A stretch of DNA of 64,000 nucleotides from Turneriella sp. (GTDB taxonomy: Bacteria; Spirochaetota; Leptospiria; Turneriellales; Turneriellaceae). The translations under genes and the position numbers were made by a program. The stretch spans positions 3,264,001 through 3,328,000 of the forward strand of contig CBDIID010000003.1 in assembly GCA_965279515.1 (NCBI GenBank). Direction: 5' to 3'. The stretch's first letter is position 1. Each line of letters starts with the position of its first letter. Shown piece by piece: positions 57,302 to 64,000 of the stretch. Below the pieces are notes generated by a model, which worked only from the letters and a program-made list of their open reading frames with translations, had not been told where the DNA came from and did no database searches.

Positions 57302-60130
57302 ATGGGAATAGCGGTGACATGCGGAAAAACGGGATTTACACAGTGCTATCCGGTGCGTCCGCTACCGGCAGTGATCGCCCGCACGATTCTTTTGATTCTC
57401 GCGGCGACAGTGTTGCCGGCCGCACCCCTTCTGGCTAAGGTCGTTTCCCCAGAAGATACGGCGGTAATAACGGGAAATGAAAGCCGCGCGCGTCTTGTTG
57501 GCCGGCAAACCTATATCCTCGAAGACCAGGATGCCGCCATAACGATTACCGATATTCTTAAGCCTGAGCTGCAAAGCCGTTTCAGACGCAACGGACGCGA
57601 CACCATCATCCGTGGTCTCGGGAGCCGCCCGTTCTGGCTCAAGGTGTCGCTGCAGAATACTTCAGGTTTCAGAGCATGGCTGGAGTTAGCGAGTATCCAT
57701 CTCTGGTACGTGGACTTTTACGCCGAGGTGAAAGGTAAATACACGCGCATTTTTGAGGCGGGTTCGCTGCACAACCGCACTCTCAGAATCGGGCAGTCGA
57801 ATGTCGTCAATCTCCCCATACCTGTGGGTGCCGAAGTGCAGACGTTCTACATCCGCGCCGTGGCCCTGCCGGCAGTGCAGGTACCCATCTACGCCGGTAC
57901 GACGCAGCAGCTCGCGGAGAAAAAAGCCGTCGATGACTATTTTGTCGGCGGCTTTGTCGGCCTGATGCTGATTACGTTTCTCTTTAATCTTTTTCTGCTG
58001 TTTTCAACCCGCGATCGCACCTACATCTGGTATCTTGCCTACATTCCCGCGGCGGTACTCTCGATCACATTTCTCAAACATTATCCGATCGTCACGGCCC
58101 TCACACCCGCGAGCTGGCACGATTTTTTTTACACGCATCCGTCGTGGTGGAACCTGCCACTCATACTGGCCGGTTTTTTTGCCATCAGCCTTTTGAAGCT
58201 GAATCAGTTCAAAACCCTGAAGTATGCCATGCAGTTTGTTCTATTCTGTTTTATCGTGGTTCTGCCGCTACAGGATTTTTTCGGTCTGCTACCGCATGTG
58301 ACGATGCCGATGCTTTCGCGGCCTTTGCAGGCGGCGTATAACATCCTCATTGTTGGCGTTGCCGGCTACCTGTGGATTTTCCGCCGCCAGCGGATGGCCT
58401 TCTATTTTATTCTCGCATGGATAGGAGCACTCGGCGGTACAACAATACAGTTACTGACGGTGAGCGGCAGATTGCCATTTAATTTTTTCACCGACAATGC
58501 TCTCTATTTCGGCATCGCCTGGGAGATTATGCTCTTCTCGCTGGCTTTGACCGACAGGCTCAAACAGGCCAATCTCAAAAACCTCTCGCGCAGCAACGCC
58601 CTGCTGCAGCAAACCAGCAACATGGCGCGCATCGGCGGCTGGGAGTTTTTTCCGGATGAAGATCGTTTTTACTGGTCGGATATCACGCGTACCATGTATG
58701 ATGCGCCCGAGAGTTTTATTCCGCGCCCTGACAATGCCTTTCAGTTCTACGAGGATCGCAAAAGCCGGCTTATCATGGTGCGCGCCTTCACTGCCTGCCG
58801 CGAACATGGTATACCTTACGATATCGAGCTACAGGTTATCACCCTGAAGGGCAGGCAAATCTGGATCCGAACGATGGGTGAGGCGGAGTTCGAAAAAAAT
58901 GTCTGCGTGCGCGTTTTCGGCACCTGCCAGGATATCACCGGGCGCAAGCACGCAGAGTTCGAACTCATTCGGGCAAAGGAAGCCGCCGAAGTGGCGGCGC
59001 GCGCTAAATCTGATTTTCTTTCGACCATGAGCCATGAAATACGCACGCCGATGAGTGGCGTCATCGGCATGGCTTCGCTACTGGCCGACACTGAACTCGA
59101 CGAAAACCAGCGCAGTTATGTCGAAGTCTTGAACCGCAGTGGTGAAAATCTGCTGAACCTCATTAACGATATTCTCGATTTTTCGCGCATCGAGGCGGGC
59201 AAAACGGTGCTGGCGCATGAGCCCTTTGATCCTCTGGTTATTTCACGGCAGGTTGTCGATCTCATGACACCCAAAGGTGCCGAGCGGGGCAATGCCATCG
59301 AGACGTATTTCGATCCGGCGATCCGGTATCTCGTCGAGGGGGATGAATTCCGGCTGAAGCAGATACTTTCGAACCTCGTCGGTAACGCCGTGAAATTTAC
59401 GGAACAGGGCGCGATCCTTTTGAGCATCCGCGAACTTGTTCAAAAGGATGATCGTGTCGAACTCGAATTTTCAGTTTCAGATACCGGCATCGGCATACCC
59501 GCTGATAAGATCGACCTGCTCTTTAAGCCCTTCACCCAGGTCGATGGCTCGATCGCCCGCCGTTATGGCGGTACCGGCCTGGGGCTTTCCATCTGCCAGC
59601 GGCTCGTCGACCTGATGGGTGGCACCATCGCCATCGCGAGCACCGAAGGGCGCGGTACCAGGGTGACAGTGCGGCTCGCCTTCCCGCGCGTGGTGGCGCC
59701 AGAAAACCCACCGGATTCGCTGCCGGTGCCGGTTGATTTTTCGCGTCATTATGCAGCACTCGTTGTCGACGATGATCCTGTAATCCGCGAAATGCTTGCA
59801 ACAATGCTTGTGAAGTTGGGTTTCGATGTTGTGACTGCATCGGACGGTGACGAAGCAGTGCTGCGGTGCCGCGAGAAAAAATTCGATTTTATAACAATGG
59901 ACACGAACATGCCGCGCGTGAGTGGTTACGAAGCAATTGGCGAGATCCGCAAACTTTCGGGCTCCGAAGAGCATCCGGTAATTATCAGTGTCTCGGCGAC
60001 GGTTGGTCCTGCCGAAGCCATCCACGCCATGGAAACCGGTGCCAATGACGTTCTGACAAAACCGTTTACGTTCGAGTCAATCCGGAATTTGATGTTACGT
60101 TGGGACGCCGTATTGCGGCGTAGGGAGTAA
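57302..60130 (+). CDS. Hybrid sensor histidine kinase (7TMR-DISM, PAS, HisKA, HATPase, REC)
   Basis: Extracellular DISM-like domain plus 7[32 protein letters not shown] domain VVDD...MD...KP. True start may be downstream. Confidence 0.93.
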   Translation: MGIAVTCGKTGFTQCYPVRPLPAVIARTILLILAATVLPAAPLLAKVVSPEDTAVITGNESRARLVGRQTYILEDQDAAITITDILKPELQSRFRRNGRDTIIRGLGSRPFWLKVSLQNTSGFRAWLELASIHLWYVDFYAEVKGKYTRIFEAGSLHNRTLRIGQSNVVNLPIPVGAEVQTFYIRAVALPAVQVPIYAGTTQQLAEKKAVDDYFVGGFVGLMLITFLFNLFLLFSTRDRTYIWYLAYIPAAVLSITFLKHYPIVTALTPASWHDFFYTHPSWWNLPLILAGFFAISLLKLNQFKTLKYAMQFVLFCFIVVLPLQDFFGLLPHVTMPMLSRPLQAAYNILIVGVAGYLWIFRRQRMAFYFILAWIGALGGTTIQLLTVSGRLPFNFFTDNALYFGIAWEIMLFSLALTDRLKQANLKNLSRSNALLQQTSNMARIGGWEFFPDEDRFYWSDITRTMYDAPESFIPRPDNAFQFYEDRKSRLIMVRAFTACREHGIPYDIELQVITLKGRQIWIRTMGEAEFEKNVCVRVFGTCQDITGRKHAEFELIRAKEAAEVAARAKSDFLSTMSHEIRTPMSGVIGMASLLADTELDENQRSYVEVLNRSGENLLNLINDILDFSRIEAGKTVLAHEPFDPLVISRQVVDLMTPKGAERGNAIETYFDPAIRYLVEGDEFRLKQILSNLVGNAVKFTEQGAILLSIRELVQKDDRVELEFSVSDTGIGIPADKIDLLFKPFTQVDGSIARRYGGTGLGLSICQRLVDLMGGTIAIASTEGRGTRVTVRLAFPRVVAPENPPDSLPVPVDFSRHYAALVVDDDPVIREMLATMLVKLGFDVVTASDGDEAVLRCREKKFDFITMDTNMPRVSGYEAIGEIRKLSGSEEHPVIISVSATVGPAEAIHAMETGANDVLTKPFTFESIRNLMLRWDAVLRRRE

Positions 60131-60132
60131 GC

Positions 60133-60879
60133 ATGCAGCAACAGCCGATCAAAAAGACCTACCGAATCTTGCTTGCCGAAGACGACCATGGCACGGTCGA
60201 GTTTGTGACGGCGGCGCTCGAACGTTATAATTTCACGGTTACACATGCAGGGGAAGGCCGTGCAGCGCTACGCCGTCTTTCTGAGGAATCCTTCGAGCTG
60301 ATGCTGTGCGACGTCATGATGCCGCATATCGACGGCTTTAAGGCACTTGAGAATGCGCGCGAAAACCGCGTGCCAATACCGCCGGTGATCATGCTGACCG
60401 CGCTGCACGATCAGGAATCTGTGCTGCGGGCGAAAAAGCTCGGTGCCGCCGGCTATCTCGCGAAACCCTGTACCGCAACGCAGCTTATCGCAAAAGTCAA
60501 GGCAACCTTGGAATTGGCGGACGAAGATTTGGTAGATAAGTCTGCATTGCCCTTCACTATCAAAACGAGCGTTACGGATAATACGCTGATGCTGTCATTG
60601 GTCGGTTGCCCGATGAAAAACCCTTTGGGCGATCTGATCAAAGCTATGGCCCGCGTGGCGACGCTGCAGTTAGCTTTCAAAGCCGCGGAAATTCAGGCTG
60701 GTACAGATTTTCTCTACGCGGCAGCTGCCTTTGAGTATCTCAAAGCCATGGCCGGTTACCTGCAGAAATCCTACCATATTTCCAGGCCGAATATACAATT
60801 TAGCGGGCCGTTTTTTTCTCACGCAGACAAGGTATCCCTTCATGCTTTTAAGGAAGATTTTAGCGTTATCGTATCCTGA
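60133..60879 (+). CDS. Response regulator (REC plus an uncharacterised C-terminal domain)
   Basis: LAEDD, CDVMMPHIDG, MLTA and YLAKP motifs. Confidence 0.9.
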   Translation: MQQQPIKKTYRILLAEDDHGTVEFVTAALERYNFTVTHAGEGRAALRRLSEESFELMLCDVMMPHIDGFKALENARENRVPIPPVIMLTALHDQESVLRAKKLGAAGYLAKPCTATQLIAKVKATLELADEDLVDKSALPFTIKTSVTDNTLMLSLVGCPMKNPLGDLIKAMARVATLQLAFKAAEIQAGTDFLYAAAAFEYLKAMAGYLQKSYHISRPNIQFSGPFFSHADKVSLHAFKEDFSVIVS

Positions 60880-60974
60880 AGACGCCGACGTGTGCTGCCG
60901 ATAGATTTGTGTTTGACTTCGCGAATAAGGTTGCCATTTCTTAGCGTCACTCGTCTAAGTTGAGAGAAGCCTAA

Positions 60975-63590
60975 ATGTCGGTAAAGCGCGGTCATGCCCT
61001 GTTTCTTGGAGTTATGTGCCTGGCACTCGGTCGCTGCAATTCGCTGATCAGCGAAACCGAACGAATCCGCAAACTCTATGAACAGCAGCAAGCCGTCGTG
61101 CCTGTGGTAACGGCGACCGATCCCGCGGACAATAGTGTTGCGCCCTATAATCAAAGCTATATTGATATTACTTTCTCCAGCGAAATCGCTGCCTCGACAT
61201 TCACGCCGCAAACCACCTTCGGCGCCTGTACTGGTTCGGTGCAGATAAGTTATGACGGCTTTGTTAATTGTATCGGCGGTACGGTGGATGCCTCGCAGAA
61301 CCCGCGCCTGCGTTTTACGCCGGCCATTTTCCCGAAGGCCCTGGGGTTTCAGATTAGGGTTACAAATGCCGTCTTAAGCACAGCCGGAGTTCCCGTAACG
61401 CCTTACACCTCGCCCGTTGGGTTTAAGCTGGGCACTCCCTGCGGGACTTCCAATTGTTTCTTCAGCTACTCTACGCCGCTGATATACCCTGCGGGTGCAT
61501 ACTCGGGAATATTCCTGGTTCGGGGTGGCACGCATACGGGTAAGTACCTTGTCTATACATCTGGCATCACCACAACCACGCTTATTGATCCCGTTGCCAT
61601 CTCTTCACAGGCAGGCCCCGACATGGCCACCGGCGGTTGTGCGGCGCCGGGTAACAGCACGCATAATTTCCTGAACAATGCCGGTACTAAAGAAGTTATT
61701 GTCTTGGGAAACTCGACAACGGCGACCTGCCTCTTCGACCATGCACTCAACAATTTCGCCAACGGACCGACTTTCCTCGCAGCAACAGGGCTGGGGTCTT
61801 ATTCATTCAAACCGCAGAACCCGCTATCGGGCGAATATGGAAATGTGCTGATCACGACGGCGAATAACAGTGCCGGAGTTGTGCGTTTCGCAGCCGATGA
61901 TACCGGCAGCGGTTCCGTTTTTACACTGACTGGCGGCAACGCCAATCTCGGTGCGCATGCGATACGCTCAACCGCTGGCACTTATGCCGGAAAATGGATT
62001 CATTACAACAGTGGAGCTCAGACGACCCTGTTCACCGAAAATCCGCCCGGGATGAGCCTTGGGTATTCGCTCGGACTGGGCGTCAGTATTGGCGCGGCTT
62101 CGCTCGAGATCTTTTCCGGTACGCGCACCGGGCAAGTTATTACGGTCTTTGGCGGAAGTGCCAATACGATTTTTGCTTATGACATTGCCAATGATGCCAT
62201 AGTGCCGATGCAGCCCGCAGCGATGCCCGCGCTTGTCGGCGGGGGAGCCTTGCTGCTGCGGCAATCGGGCACTGCGACTTTCGATGCACCAGTTATGCTG
62301 CACGGGAATGGCTCGGCGACGACGGTGCACACAACCAGTGTGTATGATGCTGTGGCCGGAAATTTTACGTCGGGACCGTCGACAACCGGGGCGATCGCAG
62401 GCGGCTCGGCAAGTATCTTTGCCGGTTCGCCCAGTAACGGCGCGTTTCTGATCGTGAATGGCAATACGTTTCCGTCGACCTCGGTTTATTTTCCCTCTAC
62501 TAAATTGTTCAGTGGCACCCGTATGCCTCTCAGCGTGCCAAATCCAGGAGCACATGCGGTTCGTATATCCGGCGGATTTAACGACGGGCGTACACTGATC
62601 GTCGGTGCCGGCGGTACACGGCACTCCGCCGTTTACGATCCGCTGAGGCACACGATGGATGTGGGGCCTGACACACTCACGGCGATTTCTGCGTCGGGCT
62701 TCAGCATTCCACTCAGCCGCGGCGCACATGCGGGGAAAATCTTTACCTTCCATGGCGGCGGTTCCACGACCTTCAGCGTATATGATCCTGGTTCCACAGC
62801 ATATGTAAGTTCAGGGTCGCTTACCTTGCCTGCGATCACTGGCACATTTGCTGTGATGAATGCCGGTGCGAACGGCTTTCCTGTTGCGAATGACGATCGC
62901 CTGCTCGTGATGCACGGTGGGGGCAGCAATACCACACGCTACATCAACCAGATGACCGGTGTTGTCGGGGTGGGGCCGGGGTTGGGTGCCTGCGCCCTGA
63001 GCATCGGTACCAACATCCGGTATACCAAACCCACGGGCGGCGGATTGATGCAGTTTGTGATGTGCACCGCTAACTCCTTCATCGTATTCGATCATGCCCC
63101 GGCCATGCTGAGCTTCGCGGCCCCGCAAATTATGACTTCAACCGGAGCCGGTCGCCAATTGTACGTAATTCCTTCGGGGGCAGAGGCGGGCAACATCATG
63201 GTTATCCATGGTGGTGGCACCGGCACCAGCAGTGTCATCAATGCGGACACGCTCGTTGAAGGCGTTGGCCCCTCTATCGGTGGAGTTGGTGCGTGTGGAA
63301 ACTCCGTCATGGTTGATGCGGGGGCACAACTCATGCCGATACCCTTTGGACCCAATGCGGGTAAGGCTTTGCTCCTGGTGGGAGGCGCGGCAGGTTCGCC
63401 CGTCTCCTGTTTGTACGACCCGGCAACGAACAGTTTTAGTCCAGGACCCGTTGTCAGTTCAAATGGCTCGCCGGGGTTTGCAATCAGCAATGGTTCTGTT
63501 GCCTTCAGAACTTTTGGCGGTGCTTATCCGACTGCATTCATCGTTATCAGTGGTGCGAACAAAAATGTCTGGAATACCTACGTGCCCTAG
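60975..63590 (+). CDS. Surface lipoprotein with an Ig-like domain and kelch-like propeller repeats
   Basis: Lipobox-like LGRC; V..TDPADN...ITFS Ig-like motif; repeated G..L..GG...YDP....GP units. Confidence 0.75.
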   Translation: MSVKRGHALFLGVMCLALGRCNSLISETERIRKLYEQQQAVVPVVTATDPADNSVAPYNQSYIDITFSSEIAASTFTPQTTFGACTGSVQISYDGFVNCIGGTVDASQNPRLRFTPAIFPKALGFQIRVTNAVLSTAGVPVTPYTSPVGFKLGTPCGTSNCFFSYSTPLIYPAGAYSGIFLVRGGTHTGKYLVYTSGITTTTLIDPVAISSQAGPDMATGGCAAPGNSTHNFLNNAGTKEVIVLGNSTTATCLFDHALNNFANGPTFLAATGLGSYSFKPQNPLSGEYGNVLITTANNSAGVVRFAADDTGSGSVFTLTGGNANLGAHAIRSTAGTYAGKWIHYNSGAQTTLFTENPPGMSLGYSLGLGVSIGAASLEIFSGTRTGQVITVFGGSANTIFAYDIANDAIVPMQPAAMPALVGGGALLLRQSGTATFDAPVMLHGNGSATTVHTTSVYDAVAGNFTSGPSTTGAIAGGSASIFAGSPSNGAFLIVNGNTFPSTSVYFPSTKLFSGTRMPLSVPNPGAHAVRISGGFNDGRTLIVGAGGTRHSAVYDPLRHTMDVGPDTLTAISASGFSIPLSRGAHAGKIFTFHGGGSTTFSVYDPGSTAYVSSGSLTLPAITGTFAVMNAGANGFPVANDDRLLVMHGGGSNTTRYINQMTGVVGVGPGLGACALSIGTNIRYTKPTGGGLMQFVMCTANSFIVFDHAPAMLSFAAPQIMTSTGAGRQLYVIPSGAEAGNIMVIHGGGTGTSSVINADTLVEGVGPSIGGVGACGNSVMVDAGAQLMPIPFGPNAGKALLLVGGAAGSPVSCLYDPATNSFSPGPVVSSNGSPGFAISNGSVAFRTFGGAYPTAFIVISGANKNVWNTYVP

Positions 63591-63612
63591 CCTGACTGGC
63601 GCCGGTTAGAAA

Positions 63613-64000
63613 TTGTCGCAACGATCGTTTGGTTTACTTTTGATTTTTGCTTTTTTCGCCCGCGCGACAATGTTTGTTTTGCCGTCGTTTTCTACCGACA
63701 CACGCCGTTTTCTCGCCGACGGGCTGAATGTCGCGGCGGGCAAAAATCCCTATACTGCACCCGCGCCGATTCCCATTGAATACGCGCACCTGCGTTCGTT
63801 CTATCCGCCGCTGCAAGAGGCGGTGTTTGGTGCGCTCGCTGCGGTGTGGCCGTCGCCGCTGGTGTTCCGTCTCTTGGGTGGCCTGTTTGAATTTGCTTTT
63901 GTGCTTTGGTATCTCTACCGCAAGCGCCGGCGGAATATTCCACGACCGCTGTTCCTGTTCCTGCTCTTTAATCCGCTGAGTCTTCACGAGGTCTGGCGCG
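63613..64000 (+). CDS. GT-C fold membrane glycosyltransferase (GT87-like), 3' end truncated
   Basis: Absent from the ORF track because it has no stop in the window. Hand translation from TTG 63613 gives STDTRRFLADG...GKNPY...YPPL...LFNPLSLHE with hydrophobic segments. Confidence 0.7.
   Translation, partial: MSQRSFGLLLIFAFFARATMFVLPSFSTDTRRFLADGLNVAAGKNPYTAPAPIPIEYAHLRSFYPPLQEAVFGALAAVWPSPLVFRLLGGLFEFAFVLWYLYRKRRRNIPRPLFLFLLFNPLSLHEVWR

Noticed and set aside
63634..63987. Minus-strand 117-aa ORF
   Set aside because: It is the antisense shadow of a plus-strand membrane glycosyltransferase-like frame with recognisable motifs.
1..64000. CRISPR arrays, tRNA/rRNA, IS transposases, integrases and prophage genes
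   Set aside because: I saw no repeat-spacer periodicity, cloverleaf or matching protein motif by eye; the intergenic gaps are short.

Overview
A gene-dense bacterial chromosomal window with about 60 CDSs. I saw no rRNA, tRNA, CRISPR array, transposase or phage genes. The gene content (spirochete-style lipoproteins, PD40-OmpA, 7TMR-DISM sensors, an SthK/LliK-like CNG channel) suggests a free-living spirochete of the Leptospiraceae, Turneriella-like; this is an inference. Housekeeping genes: mnmG, dtd, ppdK, fur, guaB, a gmhB-hldC fusion, xseA, tdk, proB, dxr and cdsA. Most notable accessory features: (1) a five-gene operon with an ECF sigma factor, a CBM48 anti-sigma candidate, a CBM48 lipoprotein, a secreted protein and an outer-membrane barrel, with a candidate ECF autopromoter; (2) an isochorismatase-kinase-phosphatase fusion with an apparently rewired catalytic triad; (3) a REP-doublet-like palindrome inserted in frame within dxr; (4) an arsC-acr3-arsR operon extended by a circularly permuted ATP-grasp ligase; (5) a membrane LytTR regulator next to a matching direct-repeat promoter; (6) a duplicated DUF1538 membrane protein with a single-chain triple PII-like partner; (7) several pseudo-enzymes and intergenic palindromes and repeats. 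Family calls come from motif recognition only; no database searches were run. Several start codons were moved downstream of the ORF-track starts.
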